Shown: positions 26,827 through 48,267 of the stretch, piece by piece
Numbering within the stretch: position 1 is the first letter of the stretch
Layout: each line of letters begins with the position of its first letter
From: the human T2T-CHM13v2.0 reference genome, Homo sapiens
Strand: one strand, 5' to 3'
Assembly (NCBI RefSeq): GCF_009914755.1
Contig: NC_060938.1
DNA: 64,000 nt
The notes under the pieces: generated by a model
Databases searched by the model: none
Told to the model about the DNA's origin: nothing
Seen by the model: the letters and a program-made list of their open reading frames with translations, nothing else
Made by a program: the position numbers and the translations under genes

Positions 26827-27837
26827 ATGGGGAAAAAACAGAACAGAAAAACTGGAAACTCTACAACGCAGAGCGCCTCTCCTCCTCCAAAGGAACGCAG
26901 TTCCTCACCAGCAACGGAACAAAGCTGGATGGAGAATGACTTTGACGAGCTGAGAGAAGGCTTCACACGATCAAATTCCTCTGAGCTATGGGAGGACATT
27001 CAAACCAAAGGCAAAGAAGTTGAAAACTTTGAAAAAAATTTAGAAGAATGTATAACTAGAATAACCAATACAGAGAAGTGCTTAAAGGAGCTGATGGAGC
27101 TGAAAACTAAGGCTCGAGAACTACGTGAAGAATGCAGAAGACTCAGGAGCCGATGCAATCAAATGGAAGAAAGGGTATCAGCAATGGAAGATGAAATGAA
27201 TGAAATGAAGCGAGAAGGGAAGTTTAGAGAAAAAAGAATAAAAAGAAATGAACAAAGCCTCCAAGAAATATGGGACTATGTGAAAAGGCCAAATCTACGT
27301 CTGATTGGTGTACCTGAAAGTGATGGGGAGAATGGAACCAAGTTGGAAAACACTCTGCAGGATATTATTCAGGAGAACTTCCACAATCTAGCAGGGCAGG
27401 CCAACGTTCAGATTCAGGAAATACAGAGAACGCCACAAAGATACTCCTCGAGAAGAGCAACTCCAAGACACATAATTGTCAGATTCACCAAAGTTGAAAT
27501 GAAGGAAAAAATGTTAAGGGCAGCCAGAGAGAAAGGTCGGATTACCCTCAAAGGGAAGCCCATCAGACTAATAGCGGATCTCTCGGCAGAAACCCTACAA
27601 GCCAGAAGAGAGTGGGGGCCAATATTCAACATTCTTAAAGAAAAGAATTTTCAACCCAGAATTTCATATCCAGCCAAACTAAGCTTCATAAGTGGAGAAA
27701 TAAAATACTTCACAGACAAGCAAATGCTGAGAGATTTTGTCACCACCAGGCCTACCCTAAAAGAGCTCCTGAAGGAAGCACTAAACATGGAAAGGAACAA
27801 CCAGTACCAGCAGCTGCAAAATCATGCCAAAATGTAA
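26827..27837 (+). CDS. L1 ORF1p, open, 336 aa
   Basis: MGKKQNRKTGNS...NHAKM. REKG, ARR and YPAKLS motifs are intact. There are two single-codon deletions versus the 338-aa consensus. Confidence 0.92.
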   Translation: MGKKQNRKTGNSTTQSASPPPKERSSSPATEQSWMENDFDELREGFTRSNSSELWEDIQTKGKEVENFEKNLEECITRITNTEKCLKELMELKTKARELREECRRLRSRCNQMEERVSAMEDEMNEMKREGKFREKRIKRNEQSLQEIWDYVKRPNLRLIGVPESDGENGTKLENTLQDIIQENFHNLAGQANVQIQEIQRTPQRYSSRRATPRHIIVRFTKVEMKEKMLRAAREKGRITLKGKPIRLIADLSAETLQARREWGPIFNILKEKNFQPRISYPAKLSFISGEIKYFTDKQMLRDFVTTRPTLKELLKEALNMERNNQYQQLQNHAKM

Positions 27838-27900
27838 AGACCATCGAGAATAGGAAGAAACTGCATCAACTAACGAGCAAAATAACCAGCTAACATCATA

Positions 27901-31716
<3,816 letters not shown>

Positions 31717-32455
31717 ACAATGAGATCCCATGGACACAGGAAGGGGAATATCACACTCTGGGGACTGTTGTGGGGTGGGGGGAGGGGGGAGGGATAGCAT
31801 TGGGAAATACAACTAATGCTAGACGACGAGTTAGTGAGTGCAGCACACCAGCATGGCACATGTATACATATGTAACTAACCTGCACAATGTGCACATGTA
31901 CCCTAAAACTTAAAGTATAATTAAAAAAATAAAAAAAATAAAAAAATAAAAAATAAAACAACTGCCCATTTTACCATCTCTTCAGTCCTTGACAAGCACC
32001 ATTCTAACTTTTTTTTCCTATGAGTTTATCTACTTAAGATACCTGATTATGAATGGAATCATAGACTGTCACTTTGTTCCTGGCTTATTTCAATTAACAT
32101 GATCTTCTCCAGAATTATCATATAATGTGTCTTTTTAAAGACTGAATAATATTCGACTTTGTGTATGTGCCACTTGTTATTAATCTGTTCATTGGTCAAG
32201 GGACATCTGGATTGTTTCTGCCTTTTGGCTTGTGTTAATAATATTGCAATAAATTTGGTTGTGCAAATATCTCTTCCAGATCTGCGTTGTATATTTTAAG
32301 TACATAGCCAGAAGGGGGTTTGCTGGATTATATAATAATCTCATTTTAAATTTTTTGAAGAGCTGTCATACTATTTTAAATATCGGCTTGAGGCCGTAGA
32401 TTATTGTGACTTTGCTTTGCATTTTTCTAGAAGAGTGATGTCGAGTATCCTTTTA

Positions 32456-33067
<612 letters not shown>

Positions 33068-33234
33068 TCATTTCAAACATTTACCATTCTAAATCAAGTT
33101 ATTAACATTTTGTTGTTGTTGAATTTTAGAAGTTTATATCTTTTGGAAATTAACACCTACCAAATATGTGATTAGAAAATATTTTTACACTTTTTTGTTA
33201 TATGTATGTATGTATGCACATATATTACCCTATA

Positions 33235-33350
33235 CAAGACAGGGTCTTGATATATTTTCATGGCTAGTCTCAAACTTTTGGCCTCAAATGATCGTTCTGA
33301 CTTGGCCTCCTAAATTTCTAGAATTATAGGCATGAGCCAGCATGCCCAGG
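33235..33350 (-). mobile_element. Alu monomer (FLAM-like)
   Basis: gacagggtcttg...ctcaaacttttggcctcaaatgatc...ttataggcatgagccagcatgcccagg. Confidence 0.75.
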
Positions 33351-34003
33351 TTTCACCCACTTATTAGGTGACATTTGTATGCCACTAAATTTTTCCTTGA
33401 TGTGTAGAATACTTGAAGGTTAATGTAGTTCCTTTCTTTTTTGTTCTTTTCCTTGTTTCTTATGAATTTGATGTCATACTTAAGCAAAGTTTTAAGACTT
33501 ATGTCATAAACTTTTCCCCTATGTTTACTTCTAAGAATTTTATTAGTTTTTATGTTTAAGCATTAAATCCATTATAAAACAACTTTTCTTTTTATGTATA
33601 ATACAAAAGAAGCATCCAACTTTATTTTTGCTCTGTAAACATTCAATTTTGAAAATTCTTTGTTAAAGAGATTCTTATTTTTCTATTGCATGGTCATGGA
33701 AAGCATATGGAAGATTATTTTATCACGTATGCGAGGGTTTATTTCCAGGATGTCTATTCTGTTTCATCATCTATGTATCCGTTTTTGTGGCAATACCATA
33801 TTGTTTTTATTTTTGTAGCTTTGTATCATGATTTTAAATCAGAAAATGTAATAACTCTTTGTCCTTTTTAAAGGGTGTTTGCCTAGTCACAGTTCCTAAA
33901 CAACTTTTAGAATTATACACAAAAATTCTGCAAAAAAAATACCATTGGGATTTAGATGAAAATTACATTACATTTTTATATCATCATGGGTAATACTGAC
34001 AAC

Positions 34004-34300
34004 TTTTTTTTTTTCCTTTGGAGATGGAGTTTTAGTGAGTCACTCAGGCTGAAGGGCAGTGGTGTGAGCTGTGCTCACTGCAAGCTCTGCTTCCCATGTT
34101 CAAGCAATTCTCCAGTCTCAGCCACCAGAGTAGCTGGGATTACAGTCATGCACCAACATGTATAGCTAACTTTTGTATTTTTAGTAGAGATAGGGCTTTG
34201 CCATGTTGGCCAGGCTAGTCTCAAACTTCTGATCTCAAGTGATCCACACACTTTGGCCTCCCAAAGTCCTGGGATTACAGGCATGAGTCACGTGCCGGCC
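34004..34300 (-). mobile_element. Full-length Alu (old S/J type) with TSD
   Basis: Poly-T followed by a dimeric Alu ending ...gtgccggcc. TSD ctgacaactt (33996-34005) / ctgacatctt (34301-34310). Confidence 0.92.
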
Positions 34301-34696
34301 CTGACATCTTAACAATATTAAATCACCTGACACTTGAGCAAGACTATATGTAAGATCTTGCTTAATTTCCTCTTATTTACGTATCTGAAACATTTTCTTG
34401 CTTTTGATTTCTAGTTTCATTTACATTGCATGACTTCAGTTTTCTTAAATTTAATAAGACATGTATCCTAACAGAATGTGCCATGTGTGATTGAGAATAT
34501 TGCATATTTTGCTGCTTTCGATCGCAGAGTTCTGTAAATGCTTGTTAGGTCTATAATGTTCAGGTTTGGCTTTCTTACTGATATTACATCTGACTATTCT
34601 AGTCATTATTGAAAGTGGAGTCTTGGAGTCCGCAATTGTTGTGTTGCTATATATTTCTTGCTTGACTTCTGTCAATATTGGTTTTACATATTTGAA

Positions 34697-34810
34697 AGAC
34701 GAGAATCAGTTGAACCTGGGAGGTGGAGGTTGAAGTGAGCCAATCGCGAGATAGTGCCATTGTCCTCCAGCCTGGGAGACAGAAACTCTATCTCCAAAAA
34801 AAAAAAAATA
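34697..34810 (+). mobile_element. Alu right-arm fragment with A tail (part of an inverted duplicate)
   Basis: gagaatcagttgaacctgggaggtggaggttgaagtgagcc...ctccagcctgggagacaga...aaaa. Confidence 0.85.
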
Positions 34811-36284
34811 AGAAAGATATCAGTGTTATTTATAGTAATATAAAAATTTAATGTAATTTTTATCAAAATCCCAATGGTATATTTTTGCAGATTTTTCAAA
34901 TTATATATATGATTTCTAAATTATTGTTATGGATTTCTTGCAAGTTAATCCATGTCACCGTTACTTAATAACAATCTGTTTCTTTTTAAAATTTTTAACT
35001 TAAAATATATTTTGTTTAATATAATTATGACCATGCCCCTCCAATTGTAGCTACTCTTTGCATAAAATATATTTTCTTTATACTGCTACTTTCAACTTAT
35101 TTGGGTCCTTAGAGCTAAAATGACTCTTGTAGAGAGTACATTGCTGGATCTTCTTTGTTCTTAATCCATTAAATCATTTTCTGCATTTTGTTTAAGGTAT
35201 TTAACTTTTTGTATTTGAAGTAATTACTGTAGTTAATGAAGTTACTATTATTATTTGGAATTGTCTTCTGTGTTTCTTGTAGATGTGTTATTTATCATTT
35301 TTTTCTCTTACTGCTTTATTTTTCTTCATTGATTTTGTAGTGACATGATTCAATTTCTTTCTCATTTGCTTCTGCATACCATCTACAGGTTTTTTTGTAA
35401 TCATCTTGAGAAATAAAGACTTCATAAAACATCTTAAAGTTATGACAATATATAATGACTATATTTCAATGGAATGCAAAGCTTTACCTCTTTATCCCCC
35501 CACTTTGTTATTAATATCATTTGTTATCTTTTCTTATTATCTATGAACCCATATTTATGCAGCTTTCTGCTTCATTTTTTAAATTCCATAGCAATAACGT
35601 GAAAGTTTTGTGCACCATCATTATGACAGTAGAGGTTTCTATAGCTGTTTATGTATTTACATTTAATAGAGAGCTTTCTATTTTCATATGCTTTTATGAC
35701 GCTGTGCAGCATATATTGTCATTTTTGGACGTGATAGACTTTCTTTTACATTTCCTTTAGCAGTGTTCCAGTGGTCAGTAACACACTCAACTTTTATTTG
35801 TTTTGGAAATGCTTAACTTTTTTTTCTGAAGTGAAATTATTCCAGTTGAAGGTTTTTGTTTAGCATGATTTCTTCTTGTTTAATTACCTTGTCATCTAGG
35901 GAGTTCTCAGCTACTTTTTAAAAATATCCTCTTTATTATTTTTCTCCTATACTGTTTTTCTAAGACTTCTTTTATAAATACAGTGGTCCACTTGGTGGTG
36001 TGCTGTAAGTCCCAATTTTCATTTTTTCTCTATTCTGTTTAAAAAATTTGTTTTCATGAATCAGTATTTATAAGTGCAATGTTATCAACTGTCTAATTTT
36101 TTCTGCTTTATTAAATCCGCTTTTGTGACTGCTGATTAAATTTTTAATATAGTTACTGTGTTCTTCAGAGTCACAATTTTTCTTGGTTTTTAAAAATCTT
36201 TTTATTGATATCTCGTTTTCTTCATGCATCACTTCTAATATTCTTTTGTTGTCTATGTTCTGTTTTTGTTCATTAAGCACTTTT

Positions 36285-39070
<2,786 letters not shown>

Positions 39071-40336
39071 TCCCTTGGATGCCCCTGTTCTACAGTAAAG
39101 GAAATATCTTTGGAATGTAAAAAGAGAGAAAATAATAGGCATCACCCCAATAGGCAATAATGAACAAATAACAAAGATGAGAGGTGCAAAGGCCAAGGAG
39201 GAAACTTTAAAAATGTGATGTGGGAAGTTCGCTTCAATGAAATTGGTTCTGGAAGATCCTAGATTTACTTCTTTTGCTGCCACAGATGGACATTTCCTAC
39301 CCTATGCTTATTATGCTCCTAAATCTTCTAAGGCTCCTCCTGTCCCTCCACTAACATTCCAGGGCATTCACAGTGACAGCCGAAGTTCTCCTCTTCTTTC
39401 TGTTATTCCCTTGAAGGCCTTGTGGTCTGAGTGCTTTTCCATTGTTTTGGGGGATCTGGGGAAATCTGCACATTTTGCGAGACTTCTATATTAAGCTATT
39501 TTGTAAAAATCTGTTCCTCATGTCAGAAGTTTGTGAGAGTAAAAGTGCAGGCATTGGGGTTTGGTTCACATATTTCAGAAACACCAAGGACAAATGTTTC
39601 TGCTTCATAATTTTCAGTCCTATGATTTCAAATGTGATCCTGCAAAAAAATCGGAAAAACTTTTATCAGAGCCCAAAACACCTCAGCACATATGATATAG
39701 TGAAGCTTCTATTTCACTTTATTCTTTTTTTCATCTCTGGTAATGTAGGTCAAAAAGTTTTCTTTTCCTTGGTAGAAATTAACTTAAAAACGTGAACTCT
39801 CTATGCCAAGCACCTCACCTGTGGAATAGTTTATTGTATCTACTCACCTCAAAGAATTTTTAAAGACCTTAATGCCATAGAAAAACTTAGAAACCTGCCA
39901 AGAATAGAATAAATTCTTAATTGTTACATTATTTCTTATTGAGTTATTTTATTATTTAATCTTATATAAAGCTTAGTGGGACTGTGATCTGCACGTTTTC
40001 ACTTTTTGATTTTTATGTATCCCAAATTAGCCTATAATTTTAGCTTCAGGGATTTCAGAATAGCATACTTGAATTTATGTGTTATATAAAAAGTGAATTA
40101 CTTAGTATGTACCTCACATTAATAAAATTTCAGTTTGTGTGTCTAAGTTTACTGCATAGAAAAACTTATCATTAGTGTTTCTATTAACTTTCCTCAACAT
40201 TATCTGAATGATAGTATAATTTATTTCTCATTGCTTATTATGTAGTAGTGTTTCATTGCATATTTTTCAATATTCATGTTGTTCCCATATTTAAAAATGT
40301 AAAGCTTTTCTTTACTTAAAAAAAAAACAAATTATA

Positions 40337-40615
40337 GGCCAGTGCGGTGGCTCACGCTTGTAATCCCAGTACTTTAAGAGGCTGAGGTGGGTGGATCACA
40401 ATGTCAGGGGTTCAAGACCAGCCTGGCCAACATGGTGAAACCCCGTCTCCACAAAAACCACAGAAAGAATGAGCAGGGCATGGGGGCGGGTGCCTATAAT
40501 CCCAGCTACTCAGGAGGCTGGGGCAGAGAATTGCTTCAGCCTGGTAGGTGGAGGATGCAGTGAGCCGAGGTCTCGCCACTACACTCCAGCCTGGTTAACA
40601 GAGCGAGACTCTGTT
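40337..40615 (+). mobile_element. Alu (AluS-like), A tail missing
   Basis: ggccagtgcggtggctcacgcttgtaatccc...cactccagcctggttaacagagcgagactc. Confidence 0.92.
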
Positions 40616-41230
40616 CTCTAATATCATTGAAATCTTCATTAAAATTTTCTTCTAAATGTTCTTTATAGAAGATTATAATGCATTTGTTGTGAAATTTTGT
40701 TACTCTAACCATATGCTAATAATTCAAAATCTGTTCTTTATGGGTGTCCAGTTATGGTTGAATATTTCAGTTATCTAGAAAGAGTCTTCTTCAGTTGCAT
40801 GATTTGTTTATTCAGTATTTCACAGGTTAATGTTTATCCAATTTTGTTTTGTAATATTTTATATTCCTGTATTTTCCTGTTAGGATAGGCTGTCTTACAT
40901 CATTTAATTGTGTTTTTAGTTTCTGCTTATATGTTATAATTTTTTATGACTATATTTAACTGTGTACACTTTAAAAGAGTGTAGAAAAAAAGTCAAATAT
41001 GAATCAACCATATGTGTATTGCAAACATAATTCTCTGTTCGTTTGACTGTATAAACATTACTCATGCTTTATTTATGACTTCTGTATTTATTTAATTAGT
41101 TGGTGGTCAATTATTTTTTTAATCCTCTCTGGGTGAGTAGTTGTGGAAATTGCCCTAATTTCCACATCTATGTATTAATGAATCTATATTACGTTTGCGT
41201 GAGGAAAACACCTCTGTGATGCGGGGGTAA

Positions 41231-41684
41231 TTTTTTTTTTTTTTTTTTTTTTGACCACAGAAGTTTTTATTGCCCTCCTGCTCCGCAAAGGGACCTTGCT
41301 TCTGCTGGTTTAGCACCTCAAGACGTCTGTGATGTTGGTCTCAGACACCACTTTGCCGTCCACTATCCTGTGGGTGTTGGTCTTTTGGATGCTTTACAGG
41401 TATTTGCTGCTGTCCAGAATACCACCAAGATTGAAGTCCTCCCCATCTTCTAGCAGGCGGCAGTAGGTGGCAATCTCTGTGAAATGGGACACAGAGATCC
41501 AGGAGCCCCAGACCCCACGCCTGCATAGAAGCTCGCCGCGCTGCTGACCTGCTGAGCACTTTAGTTGGGCGACTGGACAGATCACAGGGACAGGTAGTAG
41601 TTGATGGAGAAGGTGCGGAGCAAGTGGTGAAGCTCGCTGTGCACGGGGAGGAAAGCGAGAGGACAGGACTCAGGTTTTGCCGAG
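41231..41684 (-). pseudogene. KRT18: Processed KRT18 pseudogene with a large internal deletion (head fused to tail)
   Basis: T22 tail and AATAAA. Tail segment EIATYCRLLEDGEDFNLGGILDSS...QKT...IVDGKVVSETN is joined at ~41477 to head-domain sequence (...GSWISVS) and the KRT18 5'UTR (cctgagtcctgtcctctcgct). Confidence 0.92.
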
Positions 41685-41689
41685 GTCCT

Positions 41690-42647
41690 GAAGATAATTA
41701 TTGAAATGCATTAAAACGGTATCTCACTTAGATATTATTATTGTTTACATTGTTATAAGAAACATATAAAATTGACAATTATTTACAATTTTACAATAAT
41801 TTACAATGACAACAATTATATAGTTTAGACTTTTCAGCACATTGACATTATTCGACGTATCTCTAGAACATTTTTATCTTACAAAACTAAAACTCAATAC
41901 ACCTGAAACAACTGCCTGTCTTCTCCTTTGTTCAGCCCTTTACAAATGCTATCTTATTCTCTGTTTCTAAGGATGTTACTACTTTAGATATTTTATACAT
42001 GTGGATACACTCAGTATCTGTCTTGTGGCTGGCTTTTTTTATTTAGCATAATGTCATCAAGATTTTATTTTTATTATAGATAAAAGGTTTTCTGCTTTTC
42101 AAAAGCTGGGTAATATTCTATTGTTTTTATATTCCAAATTGTACCCATTCATTTGTTTGTTGAGGGAAGTATGGATTGCTTTAACCTATTGATTTTTGTA
42201 AGTAAAGCTACAATAAATATGTGAGCGTTTACATCTTTTTTGCACTCGGTTTTATTAGTCTATTTGTCTGTCTTTATGCCAGTAACAAACTACTTAGATT
42301 ACTGTAGATTTGTAACAGGTTTTGAAAACAGGAATTGTAATGTTTCCAAAATTTTTCTCTTTTTGAAAACTGTAGAGTTCTTTGTGGTCTCCTGAAATTC
42401 CATATACTTTTGGGAGTCACATTTTCTGTATCTGTCAAAAATAAAATTAAGAATTTTATAGGGATTGTATTAAATCTGTAGGTCACTTTTGGCATTATAG
42501 ACATGTTCAAGATATTAAGTTTTCTAACTCTTGAACAAAAGCATGTTCAAGAGTAAATTGCTTAATTTTTACATATTTGTGAATTGTATGAATTTTCTTC
42601 TGTTATCGATTGCTAGTTTTAATCCTTTTTGGTCAGAAATTATAGTA
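41690..42647 (-). mobile_element. Old L1M-type remnant (3' part); continues at 48268-49109
   Basis: Minus ORF ...MSIMPKVTYRFNTIPIK is an L1 ORF2 motif. The 3'UTR resembles 31959 onward. Confidence 0.75.
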
Positions 42648-42664
42648 TGTAACATTCAATTTTT

Positions 42665-43629
42665 TTATTATACTTTAAGTTCTAGGGTACATGTGCAGAC
42701 CGTGCAGGTTTGTTACACAGGTATACATGTGCCATGTTGGTTTGCTGCTCCCATCAACTCATCATTTACATTAGGTATTTCTCCTAACGCTATTCCTTTC
42801 ATAGTCCGTCACCCCCAAACAGGCCCCAATGTGAGATGTTCCCCGCCCTGTGTCCATGTGTTCTCATTGTTCAACTCCAACCTATAAGTGAGAACATGCG
42901 GTGTTTGGTTTTCTGTCCTTGTGATAGTTTGCTGAGAATGATGGTTTCCATCTTCATCCATGTCCCTGTAAAGGACATGAACCCATATTTTTTATGGCTG
43001 CATAGTATTCCATGCTGTATATGCTCCACAATTTCTTAATCCAATCTATCATTGATGGACATTTGGGTTGGTTCCAAGACTTTGCTATTGTGAATAATGC
43101 CGCAATAAACATATGCGTGTGTGTGTCTTTATAGTAGCATGATTTATAACTCTTTGGGTATATACCCAGTAATGGGATTGTTGGGTCAAATGGTATTTCT
43201 CATTGTGGATCCCTGAGGAAGCACCACACTGTCTTCCACAATGGTTGAACTAATTTACACTCCTACCCACGGTGTAAAAGTGTTTCTATTTTTCCACATC
43301 CTGTCCAGCATCTGTTGTTTCCTGAAATTTTAAAGATCGCCATTCTAACTGGCGTGAGATGATATCTCATTGTGGATTTGATTCGCATTTCTCTGATGAC
43401 CAATGATGAGCAATTTTTCATATGTCTGTTGGCTGCATAAATGTCTTCCTTTGAAAAGTGTCTGTTATATCCTTTGCCCACTTTTTGATGGGGTTGTTTT
43501 TTTTTCTTGTAAATTTGTTTTAGCTATTTGTAGATTCTTGATATTAGCCCTTTGTCAGATGGGTAGATTGCAAAAATTCTCTCCCATTCTGTAGGTTGCC
43601 TGTTCAATCTGATAATAGTTTTGTTTGCA
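42665..43629 (-). mobile_element. L1PA7/8-like element, 3' portion
   Basis: ttattatactttaagttctagggtacatgtgcag... antisense 3'UTR and the ORF2 C-terminus. Left TSD tgtaacattcaattttt at 42648-42664. Confidence 0.92.
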
Positions 43630-46280
43630 CCCTGGTTTCGAACCAGGTACGCTACGGTCCCGGGGCCGTGAGCAAGGGCTGATGGGAAGGCACTTTCGTG
43701 CATGGGGGACACAGGCCCCGCTTCTCGGCTGTGAGGTTTTTTTTTTTCTTTCTTTCTTTTTTTTTTTCCCTGCCACATGTGACTCACCTCCCCTCCCTCA
43801 AACCTAACCTTCCCCTCAGGGGCCTTCTGCCCGCTTTGGGGTACCCATAGCGGGACCGAGACGCTCCCTGGGTTCGAACCAGGGTCCGGGGCCATGTGCA
43901 GGGGCTGATGGGAAGGCACCTTCGTCAGTGGGAGACCCAGGAACGCTTCTCGGCGGCGAGGTAGTTTTTTTTTTTTTTTTTCCTGACACAGGTGCTTCAC
44001 CTCCCCTCCCTCAAATCTTACCTTCACCTCAGGGGCCTTCTGCCCGCTTTGGGGTACCCCTAGCAGGCCCGAGAAGCTCCATGGGTTCGAATCAGGGGCG
44101 CCAGGTTCCCTGGGACCCAGAGCAGGGGTTGAAGGGAAGGCAGTTTCGTGCATGGGGGACCCAGGCCCCGCTTCTCGGCGGCGCGATTTTTTTTTCCTGC
44201 CACAGGTGCCTCACATCCCCTCCCTCAAACCTAACCTTCCCCTCAGGGGCCTTCTGCCCACTTTGCGATACCCCTAGCTGGCCCGAGGCCCTCCCTGGGT
44301 TGGAATCAGGAACGCCAGGGTCCCCGGGTCCCAGCGCAGGGATTGAAGGGAAGGAACTTTCGTGCGTGCAGGACCCAGGAACGCTTCCTGGTGGCGAGTT
44401 TTGTTTTGTTTTTTTTCCTGCCACAGGTGCTGCACTTTCCCTCCCTCAAACCCCACCTTCCCCTCAGGTGCCTTCTGCCCACACTGGGGAAACCATAGCA
44501 AGCCGAGATTCTCCCTGGGTTCGAAACAGGGACGCCAGGGTCCCGGGGCCATGCGCTGGGGCTGATGGGAAGGCACTTTCTTCCGAGAAGGACCCAGGAA
44601 CGCTACTCGGAGGCGCGCTGTTTTTTCCTTTTTTTTCTGCTACAGCTGCGTCACCACCCCTCCCTCACACCTTAACTTCCCCTCAGGGGCCTTCTGCCCG
44701 CTTTGTGGTACCCCTAGCGGGCCCGAGAGGGCCCTGAGTTGGAACCGGCGATCCATGGTAACCGGAGCCCAACCCAGGGACTGATGGGAAGGCACTTTTG
44801 TCCGTGGGGGACCCAGGCCCCGGTTCTCCGGGGCGCTTTTTTTTTTTATTTCCTGCCACGGGTGCCTCACCTCCCCTCCCTCAAAGCTTACCTTTCCCTC
44901 AATGGCTTTTGTCCGCTTTGGTGTACCCCTAGCCGGCCCGAGACGCTGCGTGGGTTCTAAGCAGGGACGCCAGGGTCCCCGCGGTCCAGCACAGGGGCTG
45001 ATGGGAAGGAACTTTCGTCCGTGGGGGACCCAGGAACGCTTCTCGGTGGCGCGTTTTTTTTTTTTTTTTTTTTTTTGTGCCACAGGTGACTCACCTCCTC
45101 TCCCTCACACCTTACCTTCCCCGCAGGGGCCTTCTGCCCACTTTGAGGTATCCCTAGTGGGCCCGAGACGCTCCTTGTGCTCAACCAGTGACGCCAGGGT
45201 CCCCGGGACCCAGAGCAGAGGCTGATGGGAAGGCACATTCGTCCGTGGGGGACCCAGTCTCGGCTTCTCGACGGATCGGTTTGTTTTTTTTTTCCTGCCA
45301 CAGGTGCCTCCCCTCCCTCAAACCTAACCTTCCCCTCAAGGGCCTTCTGCTAGCTTTGGAGTACCCCTAGCGGGCCCGAGACGCACCCTGGGTTCGAACC
45401 AGGGACGCCAGGTTCCCGGGGCCATGCGCGGGGGCTGATGGGAAGGCACTTTCTTATGTGATGGACACAGGCCCGCTTCTTGACGGCGCTGTGTTTTTTG
45501 TTTTTTGTTTTTTTTCCTGCCACAATTGCCTCCCCTCCCCTCCCTCAAACCTAATCTTCCCCCTCAGGGGCCTTCTGCTCGCTTTGGGGTACCCCTATCG
45601 GGCCCGAGACGCACCCTGGGTTCAAACCAGAGATGTCAGGGTCCCGGGGCCATGCGCTGGGGCTGATGGGAAGGCACTTTCGTCCTTGGGGGACCCAGTC
45701 TCCGCTTCTTGGCGGCGCGGTTTTTTTTTTTTCCTGCCACAGGTGCCTCATCTCCCCTCCCTCAAACCTTAACTTCCCCTCAAGGACCTTCTGCCAGCTT
45801 TGGGGTATCCCTAGCGGGCCCGGGACGCACCCTTGGTTCGAACCGGGGAAGCCAGGGTCACCGGGGCCCAGCGCAGGGACTGATGGGAAGGCATTTTCTT
45901 CCGTGGGGGACCCAGGAATGCGTCTCGACGCTGAGTTTTTTTCTTTTTTTTTTTTTCATCCACAGGTGCCTCACCTCCCTTTCCTCAAACCTAACCTTCC
46001 CCTCAGGGGCCTTCTGCCCGCTTTGGGGTACCCCTAGCGGGCCTGAGTCGCTCCCTGGGTTCGAACCAGGGACGCCAGAGTATCCAAGGCCCAGTGCAGG
46101 GACTGATGGGAAGGCACTTTCGTCCGTGGGGGAACCAGGAACGCTTCTTGGCGGCGAGTTTTTTTTTGTTTTGTTTTGCGTTTTTTTTTTTTTCTGCCAC
46201 AGGTGCCTCACCTGCACTCCCTCAAACCTTACCTTCCCCTGAGGAGCCTTCTGCCCGCTTTGGATATGCCTAGCGGGCCC
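43630..46280. repeat. GC-rich ~220-bp tandem repeat, about 12 monomers, gamma-satellite (GSAT/GSATII)-like
   Basis: The motif ccctgggttcgaaccaggg...gctgatgggaaggcactttcgtcc...Tn...cctgccacaggtgcctcacc recurs with spacings of 213-236 bp. The array itself is certain. The family name is inferred from period and GC content only. Confidence 0.7.
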
Positions 46281-48250
<1,970 letters not shown>

Positions 48251-48267
48251 TGTAACATTCAATTTTT

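Noticed and set aside
39071-41230. Possible gene remnant in the AT-rich segment between the CTBP2 and KRT18 retrocopies
   Set aside because: No recognisable protein or convincing exon. Left unannotated apart from the Alu.
43866-43884. tRNA gene
   Set aside because: Only a T-arm-like hairpin is present. There is no D-arm/A-box, anticodon arm or acceptor stem.
43670-46130. Hammerhead-ribozyme-like words CTGATG and GGACGAAA in the 220-bp monomer
   Set aside because: The two words lie on opposite strands, CTGATGG lacks the required CUGANGA, and no three-stem core can be built.
43524-46242. Long ORFs (up to 269 aa) across the GC-rich array
   Set aside because: Stop-poor GC-rich tandem repeat; the frames shift with the variable T tracts.
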